Positions 48,746 through 63,139 of a stretch of 64,000 nt of DNA are shown piece after piece. The position numbers and the translations under genes were made by a program. Position 1 is the stretch's first letter. Each line of letters starts with the position of its first letter. The DNA is from the human T2T-CHM13v2.0 reference genome, Homo sapiens. The stretch lies in the NCBI RefSeq assembly GCF_009914755.1, contig NC_060925.1, one strand, 5' to 3'. The notes below the pieces were generated by a model. It did no database searches, was not told the origin of the DNA, and saw nothing but the letters and a program-made list of their open reading frames with translations.

Positions 48746-50242
48746 AGCTAATAGGTCACAAAGATGTTAGAAGGGCAGGAAAATCAGGCAGCCTCCCTAG
48801 CAATAGGACGAAGGCAGAGTTACCAGAGATCAGGGAGCTGCTGTGGCTCCCAGTCTACACAGCACAGGAGCCTGGAGGGATGCTCAAGTGGCCAGCCCCT
48901 CCCACTGAGCAGGCAGCTCCCTGAAAGCTGCTAATGCTGCAGGAGCCACCACAGCTGCCAGAATGCAGCTGATATTGCTGGAGCCAAAGTCATTGGCATC
49001 GCTAGAATTGAAGCTGTAGCTGCTCACTGAAGTCATCTATACTGCCACTGCCTGAGCCACCTCTAGAAGTAGAACAGACTCTGCCATCATCCTGCTTTTT
49101 AATTTGGTATATATGCCTCCAACTGGAAGAACCTAACCAGAGCCCAGCTATCAAGGAAGACAAATGATTATAGTTTTAAGGTTTCCATTGCTAGCAGCCA
49201 AAAGACAGTGCAGAAGTGTGAGGCTAGGGGCCAACAGAAATTTAACCAGCACAGCACCTCAATATTACATCACCAGGCATTGATTAGTCAAGGGAAACAC
49301 TGGGTGATGAGCCCTGAAAATGGACATTACAGCATCAGAGTATTTACAAACTCCCTAAAGAAGTCATTTTTCTAGTCCAATCCCCCATTTGATGCTTGAG
49401 AAAGCTGAAGTCCAGAAAAGGGAACTGATCTGCTCAAAGACAAACTGAAATTATTTTTTCCATTTTATAACAGTTTTATATAATTTAGTTGAGACCTAAA
49501 TGTGTTCTGACTTCCTGAGTTCCGATCAACTATATTAAGAGAGAGCCAGCGCTGCCCTTACAATATGTTGTGTGAAATAGACACTCTCATTATGGTGACA
49601 GTAGGTCTTTTAGATTTTGTTCGACAGTTGCCCACCTTCTCACTGGAGTGAAATGAATGACTAGGCAGCACCTTGCTGCATAGCATGAAGGGAGGAGACC
49701 CATAGTTCTTTACCACCCTATGTCAGGTGGCCGCTGAGAGAAGACTTGAAAGGAGAAGAGAATAGATGTATGTTTGTTGCACCAGTGTGATAGGTGATGG
49801 AGGGACCTATTAGATGAGACATGGGCAGGGGCACTCCTTTATGGCCTAAAATGCAAGACTAAATTGGTGATGCCTTTCTAGAAAGGAAGCATGGAGATAT
49901 AAAAATCCATCATCCCTCCCAATTTTGTACTGGGTGAACAGTAATTGGAAGCATTCTAGAAGGAACTGTCCATTGTGAAATCTTAGTTGCATACTTTAGA
50001 TGTAAAACAATGAATTGGGGATACCTCTGTTTTAGTCACAGTTGTGCAATGTGTCAGTTCTATGAGTGATGGCAAGACATCTTCCTCGCCCTGTGTATTT
50101 AGTTTGTTATCAATGTAATAAGGCTGTTATTCTACCTTTTTTGTTACATATAGATTTGTAATTATTATTCCCTTGGCCAGTTTAACAGTGAGAGAAAAGT
50201 TATTTTCACACAATTAGCAGTACTTTGTTTCTCTCTCCCCAG

Positions 50243-50419
50243 TATGTCAGCCACCTCCAGATGTCCTGCATGCTGAGCGTACCCAAAGGGACAAGGACAA
50301 CTTTTCACCCGGGCAGGAAGTGTTCTACAGCTGTGAGCCCGGCTACGACCTCAGAGGATCTACGTATTTGCACTGCACACCCCAGGGAGACTGGAGCCCT
50401 GCAGCCCCCAGATGTGAAG
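50243..50419 (+). CDS. CR1L: CR1L CCP5 exon
   Basis: ccag|TATGT...TGTGAAG|gtgact, 177 bp; [58 protein letters not shown]. Confidence 0.95.
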
Positions 50420-50510
50420 GTGACTAGACTCTTATCTGGCTTGGTATTTTTAGCTTGCGTCTTTATTCTCCACATGCCAGTTATTTCTGTTCGTTTTTCT
50501 TTTTTTCCAG

Positions 50511-50613
50511 TGAAATCCTGTGATGACTTCCTGGGCCAACTTCCTAATGGCCATGTGCTATTTCCACTTAATCTCCAGCTTGGAGCAAAAGTGGATTTTG
50601 TTTGTGATGAAGG
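50511..50613 (+). CDS. CR1L: CR1L CCP6a exon
   Basis: ccag|TGAAATCC...GAAGG|gtgagt, 103 bp after a 91-bp intron; [34 protein letters not shown]. Confidence 0.95.
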
Positions 50614-50703
50614 GTGAGTATGAGCTTGCCTGACCTGCTGGACATTGAAATTGGGGTTAGGAATTAGTCCAAAAAGGGGAGATTTGATGTGGCTTAAAAA
50701 AAG

Positions 50704-50736
50704 ACAGACAGACACACACACACACACACACACACA
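50704..50736. repeat. (GACA)n(CA)n microsatellite
   Basis: Directly visible. Confidence 0.9.
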
Positions 50737-51893
50737 ATCAGAGAGATGAACTTTTGAAAGTATATATAGGAAGAAAGGAAAGACACATATGGAACTAATA
50801 ACATGAGATATGAAGAGGACACTGGGCCATATATTAACTGGCAAATTCAAAGACAAGTATAATTACTTGTTATTAATATATAGGTAACACAGTAAGTTTA
50901 AAAAATCCTATTTTCAAAATTTTAGAATTTCAAAACAGCAAATAGAATATGAGTAATTTAAGAGTCTCAGAAAAAATTGCAAGTAACAAAAAACTTATTC
51001 TAAAGAGCTAGGATCATTTAAGAATCATTTCAGTAAATTCTTTAAACCATCAGTAATGAAATTTGTAATAGGACTGAAAGTGTAAAAATCAGCATTTTAA
51101 AAAAATCCAGTCATATATCGTCTGGCTAGTCATGGGCTCTGGGCTCTGAGCTGGGGTTCTGATGGCTGCTGTTAATATTTCCAGCAAGGTCATTACCTTG
51201 TTTATGTCCACCTAGTGCTCTTCGCAGGGTGCACATCTCTACACGGGAGCTGACCAGCATGGGCAACAAAGCACCTGATCCCAAAATGTAACACAGAATC
51301 TTGGCAGGCTCCAAAAGCCAGCACCCAGTAAGAGTTAGGAGGGCATCGGGGCCCAACAGACATTGAGAATTTTCAACAATTGCGTACAAAAATTATGTCC
51401 TCTCTTCTTTCCTTTTTCCCCTAGAATATTCGTGCTTACTCTTCAGCAGCCCAAATTGCCCTTTTGAGCCTTCTTCACGCCATCACAGATGTGGAGATGA
51501 AAGGACAATCTCTGTTCTCTCGCCAGCTATTTCCCACTTTACCACTCCAAACTGGGAGCTGTTTTACTTGCTGTTCCAGGGTCAGAGTTACGAAGGCATT
51601 GCATTAGAAGACTGGGTTTCTAATAATGACAATGAGTAATCAGTGAAACTCCAAGCCTGGGTCCTGGGTCAAGGAGATGGTGGCCATTTTGTGACCACCT
51701 TTTTCAATTCAAGCAGGACTATCATGTGACCAAGCTACTGCATTTTGCCACTCTATATTGCTCCCTTCTGGAGGCTGTGATTTTTCCAGAATAACGTAGC
51801 CTGTGCAACTCTGCCACCTGCTGGCCTCAGGTCCTCAAAATCCTGAAATTGGGGCTGGGCCTTAGATTGTGAACTAAGTGTCCTCTTGGCTGA

Positions 51894-52019
<126 letters not shown>

Positions 52020-54258
52020 TAATAGGAGTAACATTTCAGGCCAATCTCTCCTCTTCATCTGTTCAGTATTTGACCCATGACCTCCCCTAATGTGGTTCTT
52101 CAATTTTCTAATCTGAATTATTGATTTGAAAATTTCTTATTTTAGTAATGTTTGGTTGTGAATCAATGTGTACATCACCTGTCTTTGGAACTATCTGATC
52201 TGTCTCTGTCATTTTGTATTCTATGTTCTATTGCGATAAATCCTATGGTCGTGTGCTTCTAGGTCAGGAGAGATTAGATAATGTGAAGCTTTTACAATTT
52301 GCTTTCTTTCTCTACTTCTTTTCTTTCTTCTCTTCTTTCCTTCCTTCAGTTCTTTTTTCCCTTCTTCTCTCCCTCTCTCCTTCCTTCTTTTTCATTTTGT
52401 TCTCCAATCAATGTGCAGTCAGTCTACAATTTGTGTATATATTTGATAATACTCAAGTATCAAACATGCCTTTATTTAATCAATTATTTATTGATCACAT
52501 ACTTTGTGCCTCTGTTCATCTAGATACTGGAGTTATAGCAATGAACAAGATGAGTGAAGTCCCTGTCCCCATGTTGTTTTTACTCAGGTGGGGAGAAGGA
52601 CAAGGAAAAAAATAAGCAAATTAAATGCTACGGATAATAGATCAAAGCAATGAAGAATGAGGGAAAAGTGGGGAGTAACATTAGACAGGGTGAGCAGTTT
52701 GAGACTCCATAAATTCTCAAAATATGTACCTAAATAATTTATGCTGAGAGATTCATAAATAATAAGTCATTTTTTTAAAATGAGCCTCATATGTTCAATA
52801 ATCAGTAGACTACTGATTTCTCCTAGTCTACCCATTTATAATTTCCCCAATAGAAGATAGAACTTTGCTTCATTTCTTGATTCTAATGATTGGAAAACAT
52901 GTTTCTTTAGAAAACCATGAAATTTTACTAAAATGTTTATGTTCTTAGAAATGTACTTGGACATCTTACAGTGCTTTTTAGAGTAAAATTTTGGAAGAAC
53001 ATAACTTATATAGAGATGCTTGCTGTCTAAGAAATCCAGTGCTCCTTGAGGCAGCATGACAAATGTCTGTTCTACTATCATGCATGAAAGCTCATTGATT
53101 GGACTACTCAAGCTTTCTCTTATTTTTCATAACTCTGGTAGTTAAAATAACTTCTTCCAAATGCCAGTTCTAATGAAAAATGCCAATTAGAAATGAGGAA
53201 GAGACTATTATAAACAAATCAGTAGATGCTAGAAAGGAGTAACAACTTGAAACCTGACCCAGAAAGTAAAAAAAGAAAATAAATCATCAACAGACGTTGA
53301 CATTTTCAAAAGCAAAGCAATCTGAATCCATTTGGAGTTTTTTATAATGGCCTGAATATGTTTCAATTCACTGTGGCAGGGCTATTGTTATCACTGAGAC
53401 TGATGATCAATATCAGTAAGTAATCAGTGAAAGTTTTCACCTATTTAAGATGATTAGCACACATATATACATTTGAGAAATATTTCCCAAGAACGTAGGC
53501 CCCTTCCTCAGCACTGTGTCCCCAGGATCCTGATGAGTGGCTGACACAGGATAAGTGCTAAATTAAGAAAGATTGACTAAATGAATGAGTAACCCTTCAA
53601 AACGGTTATTTTTCTTCTTCAAATGTTTTGCTACTTCATTAAAGTTGTAAAGTAAGTAAACTTGCATTGGATCTTTCCCATGTCTGCAAAAGCTTCTTAT
53701 TGAATTTTTTCAATTGTGGGATAAGAGAAACCTTTTTTCAAAAGCGTTCAGATAGGTGGATGTAAGAGTTTTTCTTGCAGGTCGTCTTTGATTATTGCTT
53801 GAAATGCTCACTTCATGAGAATGTTTCAAGGAATATTTGTAGAGAAAATCTTCATTCCTTATGGGAAAATAAATAATAAATGACTCTATATCAGGAAATA
53901 AAAATTGTGTAGGAAGACAAATTCTGTTTGAATAACTAGGTGGGAAGAAATCCTTTGAAAACTTTATTGGTAGTAAATAATGCCATAAATGACCTTTACA
54001 TTTTGATAAGGGATGCAAGGTCTCTACACAGATCTAAATCTAGATCTAGATAGATCTGGAGGGAAGGTCTTTTTGAAAGTGGGGCTTAGTAGGTGGCTGA
54101 TCCTGAGGCTCTCTGATGAGTTTTCTCAAGGTGGCAAAATCTGTGGAACTATCAGAACTGCGTGTTTTCTTCAGGAAGCTACATGCAGGTTGAGACCTTA
54201 CGTACTGAAGAGAGTTCAGATTACTCTACCTGGCTCCAAAACATTTTCTTTCCCACAG

Positions 54259-54358
54259 GTAAATCATGTGAAACTCCTCCAGTTCCAGTGAATGGCATGG
54301 TGCATGTGATCACAGACATCCATGTTGGATCCAGAATCAACTATTCTTGTACTACAGG
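54259..54358 (+). CDS. CR1L: CR1L exon equivalent to CR1 CCP9a
   Basis: cag|GTAAATC...ACAGG|gtgagt, 100 bp; [33 protein letters not shown]. Confidence 0.94.
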
Positions 54359-55488
54359 GTGAGTTGGCAGCAACATCTCTTGGTTCCAGAGTTCCAGCAC
54401 AGCAATACTACCTTCTAGCCACATCTCAGGAAGGAAACTAGGCTGTTGCCACCTGCTCTTGAGAGGTTTGAACACAGGTATTAACTCCTGATTGAAATGA
54501 ACAAAGATAGGAGAAGATTAGGGGAAAAATCTGTGTCCTTGCTGGAAACCAGGGCAGTGCACACATAAAGAGTATGCCGTTCACTGGATGGGAAGGAAAA
54601 AAAATTAGGAGTATAGTAGTCAAAGCACACAAACAACCCTAACCCAGAGTAGACATTGCTGGAAGAAAGGGAAGGGCATGTAGCAGCTGTGTGAGAGAAC
54701 AAATCTTAATGATAACAGCATGATCGCTTGCTAGGGCTGCCATCAAAAAGTACAGGCCTTCCTCATTTTATTGTACTTCACAGATGTTATGCTTTTTACA
54801 AATTGAAGGCTTGTGGCAACGCTGCGACAAGCATGTCAGTTGGCATCATTTATCCAACAGTGTGTGTTGACTTCGTGTCTCTGTGTAGCATTTTGGTTAT
54901 TCTCACAATATCCCAGATGTTTTCATTATTATCATGTCTGTGATAGTGATCTGTCTTCAGTGATCTTTGATGTTACTATTTTCATTGTTTGGAGTCCCTA
55001 CGAACTGCACCCATATAAGACAGAAAACTTAATAAATGTGCATGCTTTGACTGCTCCATGGACAAGACATTCCCCTTCTCTCTCCCTCTCTTCAGGACTC
55101 CCTAATCCCTGAACACAATAATACTAAAATGAGGCCAATTAATAGCCCTACAATGGCCTTTAAGTGTTGACATGAAGGGAGGAGTCATGCATCTCTTACT
55201 TTAAATCAAAAGCTGGAGATGATTAAGCTTAGTGAGGAAGATATGTTGAAAGCCAAGACAGGCCAAAAGTCAGGCCTCATGTGCCAAACAGCTAGCGAGT
55301 TGCAAAGGCAAAGCAAAAGTACTTGAAGGAAACTTAAAGTGCTATTCCAGTGAACACATGAATGATAAGAAGGTGAAACAGCCTTATTGCTGATATGGAA
55401 GAAGTTTTAGTGGTCTAGATACAAGATCAAACTAGACATATTTCCTTAAGCTAAAGCCTAATCCTGAGCAAGGCCCTAACTCTCTTCA

Positions 55489-55797
<309 letters not shown>

Positions 55798-56426
55798 TTC
55801 CTGAGGTTTAAGGAAAGAAGTCATCTCCATAACATAAAGGTGCAAGGTGAAGCAACAAGTGCTGACATAGAAGCTGCAGCAAGTTGTCCTGATGATCTAA
55901 CTAAGATCATTGATGAAGGTGTTAAAATAAATAGCAGATTCTCCATGTAGACAAAACAGCCATCTATTGGACCTTCATAGCTAGAGAGGAGAAGCCAATG
56001 CCTGGGTTCAAAGCTTCAAAGGATAGGCTGCCTTTTTAGGAGCTAATCTCGTTGGTGAGTTTGAGTTGAAGCCAATGCTCACTGACCATTCTAAAAGCCC
56101 TAGGGCCCTTAAGAATTATGCTAAATGTACCTTGCCTGTGTCTATAAATGGAACAACAAAGTCTGATGACAGAGGTATGTTTGCAGCATGGTTTACTGAA
56201 TATTTTAGGCTCACTGTTGAGATATAGTGCTCAGAAAAACAGATTCCTTTCAAAATGTTACATACAGCTCATTGACTTTGTATCCAATCAGGCAAGAGCT
56301 CTGATGGAGATGGACAAGGAGATGCATGTAGTTTTCCTGCCTGCTGACAACAGCAGCCATTCTGCAGCCCATGGCTGAGCAGTAATTTTGACTTTGAAGT
56401 TTTAGTATTTAAGAAATATATTTTGT

Positions 56427-56728
56427 GCCAGGCATGGTGTAATCCCAGCATATTGGGAGACCAAGGTGGGCGGATCATGAGGTCAGGATTTCAAGACCAG
56501 CCTGGCCAACATAGTGAAACCCCGTCTCTATTAAAAATACAAAAATTGGCCAGCATGGCAGAATGTGCCTGTAGTCCCAACTACTCAGGAGGCTGAGGCA
56601 GGAGAATCACCTGAACCCAGGAGGTGAAAGTTCCAGTGAGCCGAGATTGCGTCACCGCACTCCAGGTTGGGCAATAGAGGGAGACTTCAACTCAAAAAAA
56701 AGAAAAAGAAAAGAAAAGGAAAAAAAAA
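56427..56728 (+). mobile_element. Alu inside Tigger1
   Basis: Sense Alu with (GAAAA)n tail; TSD-like AAATA[T/C]ATTTTGT. Confidence 0.88.
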
Positions 56729-57656
56729 TACATTTTGTAAGGCTATAGTTCCCACAGACAGTAATTCCTCTGATGGATCTGAACAAAGTAAGTTGAAAAC
56801 TGCAGGAAATAATTAATCATTCTACATACTGTTAAGAACACTCATGATTCATGGGAAGAGGTTAAAATATCAACATTAACAGGAGTTTGGTAGAAGTTGA
56901 TTCCGACCCTCATGGATGACTTTGAGAGGTTCAAGACTTCAGCGGAGGAAATAATTGCAGATGTGACAGAAGTAGCAAGAACACTACAATTAGAAGCAGA
57001 GCCTAAAGGTGTGACTGTATTGCTACAATATCATGATCAAACTTGAACAGAAGAGGAGTTACTTCTTATGGATGAGCAGAGAAAGTAGATTTTTGAGGTG
57101 GAGTCTCTTCCTGGTGAAGATGCCATGAGCATTGTTAAAATGACCACAAATTTAGAATATTACATAAACTAAGTTGATAAAGCAGCAGCAGTATCTGGGA
57201 GGATTGACTCCAATTTTGAAAGCAGTTCAGAGGGTAAAATGTTATCAAACAGCATTGCATGCTACAGCAAAATCTTTTGTGAAAGGAAGAGTCAATGTGG
57301 CCAGTTTTATTGTTGTCTTAGATTAAGAAATAGCCACAGCCACCCCAGCTTTCAGCAACCACCACCCTGATCAGTCAGCAGCCATCAACCTTGAGGCAAG
57401 ACCCTCCACCAGCAAAAAGATTGTGACTTATTGAAGGTCAGATAATCTTTAGCATTTTTTACCAATAAACCATTTTTTAAAGTATGACCTTTTTTTCACA
57501 TAATTCTATTTCACACTTAATAGACTATAGTATATTACAAACACAACTTTTAGACTCACTGAAAAATCAAAAAATTCATATGACTTGGTTTGTTGTGATA
57601 TTTGTTTTATTGTGGTGTTCTGGAACTGAACCTGCAATATCTTTGAGGAATGTCTG

Positions 57657-58106
57657 TAACACAAAATGGGTGGCTTAATACAACAGAAGTTTTTGGAGTT
57701 CTGTTCTATAGACTGGAAGTCCAAAATCAAGGTGTTGGGAAGACCATGCTCCCTCTGAATCCTGTAGGGTAGGATCCTTCATTGCGTCTTCCAGCTTCTG
57801 GAGCCCCAGGCCTTCCTTGGAGTGTGGCAGCAGAACTCCAATTTCTTCTGTTGCTGTCCTCAGATGGCCATCTTCCCTCTGGGTCTGTGTCCTCATATGC
57901 TGTTCTCCTCTCTGTTCATGTCTGTGTCCAAAGTTTTCTCTTTTTATAAGGACACCGGGCATATTGGATTAGGGCCTACCTTAATGACCTCAGCTTAACT
58001 GGATTGCATCTGCAAAGATTGTATTTCCAAATAAGGTCACATCCACAGGGACTGGGGGTTAAGACTTCCCAACATATTTGGGGGAGACACAATTCAACCT
58101 ATAACA
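57657..58106. mobile_element. MLT1 LTR (copy 2; its first ~28 bp lie at 54725-54752)
   Basis: Aligns by eye with 31401-32200 across the Tigger1 insertion. Confidence 0.8.
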
Positions 58107-58732
58107 GAGTCCCTTTGAAAATGTCAAGTGTCAGGTGCTCACAGCGCATGGTCCAGCTGTTGGTGCTCACCCTTGCTCAGCACACAGTGGAGGCTCTGCC
58201 TCAATCTCACTCTTCACGGGAACAGCTAAGCCAGGTAGTGAGTAGGGGCTATGTTTGTGCCACCGCAACAAACACAGAAAGGAAGCTTGTGGTGTCCAGC
58301 ATATTTGCCAGCCTAGGCTTCAGAGACCATAGCACCTAGAATCTGACAAAATAAAATTGGAATAAATCCAAAGTCCTCTTTTCTTTTTTGAGCATTTTTA
58401 AAAATACAATTGATAAATTTCCTAACTGTTCCTTCCTCATCTTGCATTGTGGAATAAGTGCGAACCTCCCTGCGGCATGAGGCAGAAAACCATTGAGCTT
58501 ATGACAAAAAACAGGAAATACATGTAAAAGAGACCAATTTTAAAAAATCAGGAGAAATTTTACAAAAGAGATTTACTGCCAGGAAACCAGGAAAACTTTC
58601 AGAACACTCTCCTTTTCCTATTTTTAACAAGACTCAGTTGTACAAATAATTCTGTGAAACTAGCCATGAAGTTTGCACACGAATGAATATATGTAGTCAG
58701 TGTGTTTATATATTTCATTTCATATATGTGTC

Positions 58733-58749
58733 ATATATATGTGTGTGTG

Positions 58750-58791
<42 letters not shown>
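58733..58791. repeat. (TG)n(TA)n microsatellite
   Basis: Directly visible. Confidence 0.92.
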
Positions 58792-58796
<5 letters not shown>

Positions 58797-58887
58797 CTGA
58801 ATATTGCAGAAAATTAAAGCAAAGAGTAAGAAGAGTTAACCAAATTTTCCCTCAATGCAGTGGGAAAAGATGAAAAGGAGAAGATAG

Positions 58888-59180
58888 GTGGGCACAGTGG
58901 CTCACACCTGTAATCCCAACACTGAGAGGCCGAAGCAAGAGAATCACTTGACCCCAGGACCTCGAGACCAGCCTGGGCAATAAGGCAAAACCCCATCTCT
59001 ACAAAAAAGTATAAAAATTAGCTGGGTGTGGTGGCGTGTGCCTGTAGTCACAGCTACACAGGAGACTGAGGTGAAAGGATCACCTCAGCCCGAGAGGCTG
59101 AGGCTTCAGTGAGCCGTGATGGCACCCCTGCACTCCAGCCTGGATGACAGAATGACACCTTGTCTAAAAAAAAAGAAAAA
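58888..59180 (+). mobile_element. AluJ
   Basis: Sense Alu consensus. Confidence 0.88.
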
Positions 59181-60091
59181 GAGAAGACGTATGTAAGACA
59201 GTGTCAGGATTCAAATTATGTATTAAAAAAATTCCAGAAGGGTAAGCAAATAAGCCCATACCTAGCCATCACTAGGGAAATTTCTGTGTTTCAGGGATAG
59301 AGAAAAAAACTCAGATTCCAGAAATAAAATGTGAAAATGTAATACCCGCAAAAGAAATAAATTTATTGACACCACATTGATTCTACACAACACTAAATTG
59401 TAGAAGATAGCACTTCTGTTGAGCCAAGCTAATATTCACATCTAGAGGCTCCAGATACACATTAAAGAATAAGCAAAGACACAAAAATTGTACCATTTAA
59501 GTATGTTTCCCAGGCAATTAATAAGCAAATTTTTAAAAAGGAGAATGATGAATTGCTAAAGAAATCTCAATGAGATAGAAAAGTGGTAAAAACAAACAAC
59601 AACAACAAAAAACCATAAACACAAAAACTGGCAATGTAATCATAATTTAGTAATAATCTCTGTGAAGTCATAGAATATATCAATAGAAGTAGAAAATGTG
59701 AGAAAGCAGGAAAAGGTAGGCTAGACTTACAGAAAAGATGAGTAGACTGACTGTACAGAATTTGACTCTGAAATTGAGAAAATAGGTTTAAATATATGTA
59801 TCAAGTGTATATATCTACAATATACATGCACACATATAAAATTAAATTCCTAATTGGAAAAAATATTAAGTTTAATTTCCAAATTATTAGAATAACTAAA
59901 ACAGCTGAATCTATCTGTTCCATATAGTAAGGGGAGGGAAGGAAAAAGAATAGCAAGGAATGCATTTGTCTCTGTCATCGGAAATAAGCCCCATCATGTT
60001 TGGGTCAGGTCATTTTATTCATTGCTTTCTCCTCATCCTCATCATGGGACATCGTGAAATCATGAAAAAGGTAGTGAAAGAATGATGACAA

Positions 60092-60395
60092 GGCCGAGCA
60101 CAGTGGCTCACGCCTGTAGTCCCAGCACTTTGGGAGGCCGAGGTGGGAGGGTCACCTCAGATCAGGAGTTCAAGACCAGTCTGGCCAACGTGGTGAAACA
60201 CCATCTCTACTAAAAATACAAAAATTAGCTGGGCATGTTGGTGCATGCCTGTAATCCCAGCCACTCAGGAGGATGAGTCAGGAGAATTGCTTGAACTCGG
60301 GAGGCAGAGGTTGCAGTGAGTAGATATTGCACCATTGCACTCCAGCCTGAGCGACAGAGCCAGACTCCGTCTAAAAACACAAACAAACAAACAAA
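60092..60395 (+). mobile_element. AluS with (CAAA)n tail
   Basis: Sense Alu consensus. Confidence 0.92.
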
Positions 60396-60527
60396 GCAAA
60401 TCAAATATATAATTTATTTCAATCCATTTGGTTTAACCTTCTTGTCAAAAAACCAAGTCTACTAGACAGGATCAAAAGCAACAAATCTTGTATTTATAAA
60501 AAACATGCCTCAAGTTAAATGGCATAG

Positions 60528-60532
<5 letters not shown>

Positions 60533-60580
<48 letters not shown>
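60533..60580. repeat. (CA)n microsatellite
   Basis: Pure CA run of ~24 units. Confidence 0.95.
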
Positions 60581-60581
<1 letters not shown>

Positions 60582-60934
60582 TAAGGGAATACGCAAACAA
60601 AAAATGGCAGAAATAATATGGGAAAAGACAGAACTTAAGAAAGAAATTGTCAAGCAGGTCTACAAAATAATTGTTTTATTTTGGTGCCAGGTACAGTCCA
60701 CAATGAAGTCAAGATATTAAGAAGTAAAGTGGACCAGGAGAAGTTAGAGCAGAAATATCTCTTTTCAATAGTGAGAGCAGAAAAAGAAGTAGAAAAGCTG
60801 GGAACAATAGGTAAAGTTTAGGCTAGGCCTTAGACTTCTCCTATATTGTAATCCCTCTGGTTTGCCACATATGCATGCTGTCAGGAAGTTGATGAGGTTG
60901 GAAAGCACAATTATTTTCCATTTTTTGCCTTTAG

Positions 60935-61020
60935 GCACCGACTCATTGGTCACTCATCTGCTGAATGTGTCCTCTCGGGCAATACTGCCCATTGGAGCAT
61001 GAAGCCACCAATTTGTCAAC
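60935..61020 (+). CDS. CR1L: CR1L exon equivalent to CR1 CCP9b
   Basis: ttag|GCACCGA...TGTCAAC|gtgagt, 86 bp; [28 protein letters not shown]. Confidence 0.94.
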
Positions 61021-61687
61021 GTGAGTTGAAATCTCTTTCCCCATTCACCCCACCATTTAACCCTAGAGTTGTCCTCCTAGAATTACAAAGAATGAATCTC
61101 ATCCCTCTTGGAAATGGTATCCTTCTGATATTTGAAGAATCCAGTCATATCCTTAAAATGGCTCACAGCATTCCAAACTTCCACCTTCACCTAGAAATGC
61201 TTTTTTTCTTATCTTAAGGTGTAATTTATTTTAAACTAGTCTTGAGCTAATTTAAATAGCCCCCAATTTCATCCTCTGTTGGGTGAACACCTCCCAGTTT
61301 GAAGAGCATTTTCTTTGGTGAAGTCAACAAATACAAAGTCAGTGAAAGAAACCGCATATCCTCTCTGCAAGCTGTTAGTATCACATCAGATATTCAAGCC
61401 ATGCAGCTCTTTCTTCCTTCTTATTCTTTGTCTAAACAGGATCATGCCATCTTCCCTGTGAGTTGTTTGGAAGATGAGCTTTCTACATTTTGGGGAGCAA
61501 AGAGGAATGAGCAATTGCAAGCTAATAAGGAATATAAAATGTGTATAATCCTGGGTTTAGTGATGGTGTGAGGAAATCAGCAATTTCAAACCCAGTTGGT
61601 GGGAGGATAAGTGGGAACAAACTTTGTAGAAGGGCAATATACTGGCTGGGCACTGCCCTACAGTAGAGTAGGACACAGTATTCAGTT

Positions 61688-61738
61688 CTTCCAAGATCAG
61701 ATGAAATTGGGTGCATTCAGGGTGGTATGGCTGTAGAT
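61688..61738 (-). pseudogene. 5S rRNA-derived tailless retropseudogene (5S nt 1-51)
   Basis: Reverse complement ATCTACAGCCATACCACCCTGAATGCACCCAATTTCATCTGATCTTGGAAG; TSD CAGTAT[T/C]CAGTT at 61676-61687 and 61739-61750. Confidence 0.9.
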
Positions 61739-61878
61739 CAGTATCCAGTTATTTGTATTACTTCTGAATCTGTAAGTATCATGTTTATTATATGTAATAT
61801 TGTATATTTGTGCTTGCTTTGTCTTTATTAGTTCTGCCAGAGCTTTTGTTCTTATTATTTAATAAAGATGTTATACTG

Positions 61879-62170
61879 GGCCAGGTGTGGTGGCTCACAC
61901 CTGTAATCCCAGCACTTTGGGAGTCCTAGGTGAGCAGATCGCTTGAGCCCAGGAGGTCGAGACCAGCCTGTACAACATGGTGAAACCCTGTCTCTACAAA
62001 AAAGACAAAAATTAAATGGGCATACTGGCACACGCCTGTAGTCCCAACTATTCGGGAGACTGAGAGGTGGGAGGATTGCTTGAGCCAGAGAGGTCAAGGC
62101 TGCAATGAGCCATGATCGTGCCACTGCACTCCAGCCTGGGCAGCAGAGCAAGACCTTGTCTCAAAAAAAA
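61879..62170 (+). mobile_element. AluJ
   Basis: Sense Alu consensus. Confidence 0.9.
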
Positions 62171-62310
62171 TGCTATGCTGTATGCTTTATTATATTAATA
62201 TCCAATAGAATAAAGACACATGCCTTCTATATAGAGAGAACTAAATTAATAATGGTGAGATAACATAGTTAAATTCTCATTTAGCAGGAGAAATATAAAT
62301 GTGTACTATA

Positions 62311-62640
<330 letters not shown>

Positions 62641-62821
62641 TTAGCAAAGTAATGTTAACTACGAAGAGCACAACTCACAATATTATAAAATTGTAAGAAT
62701 ATATCTGTACATTAGTAAATATTAGATGAGAATGATATTGTGAATATTTACTTCCGGTAATTTGGGATTTCAGAAAAGCTATTAGCATAATTTACAATAA
62801 AGTATAATTTTAAGAAACCAT

Positions 62822-63101
62822 GCCGGGCACGATGGCTCACGCCTGTAATCTCAGCATTTGGAAGGCAGAGGCAGGTGGATTGCTTGAGGCCAGGAGTTCA
62901 AGACCAGCATGGCCAACATGACCAAACCCCAACTCCACCAGAAATACAAAAATAAACCAGATACGGTGGTGCGTGCCTGTAATCCCAGCTACTCGGGAGG
63001 TTGAGGGGGGAGGATTGCTTGACCTGGGAAGTTGAGATTGCAGTGAGCCATGATCGTGCCACTGCACTCCAGCCTGGGCGACAGAGCAAGACTCTGTCCC
63101 A
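62822..63101 (+). mobile_element. AluJ-like lacking a poly(A) tail
   Basis: GCCGGGCACGATGGCTCACG...GACTCTGTCCC, no A-run. Confidence 0.88.
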
Positions 63102-63139
63102 AGGTTTTGTTTTGGTGAACTTGCGGTCTCTTTTCCCAG

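Noticed and set aside
54030-54058. Repeated AGATCT/TCTAGA mini-palindromes
   Set aside because: Short slippage expansion of a single AGATCT seen in the paralogous intron; no evidence of function.
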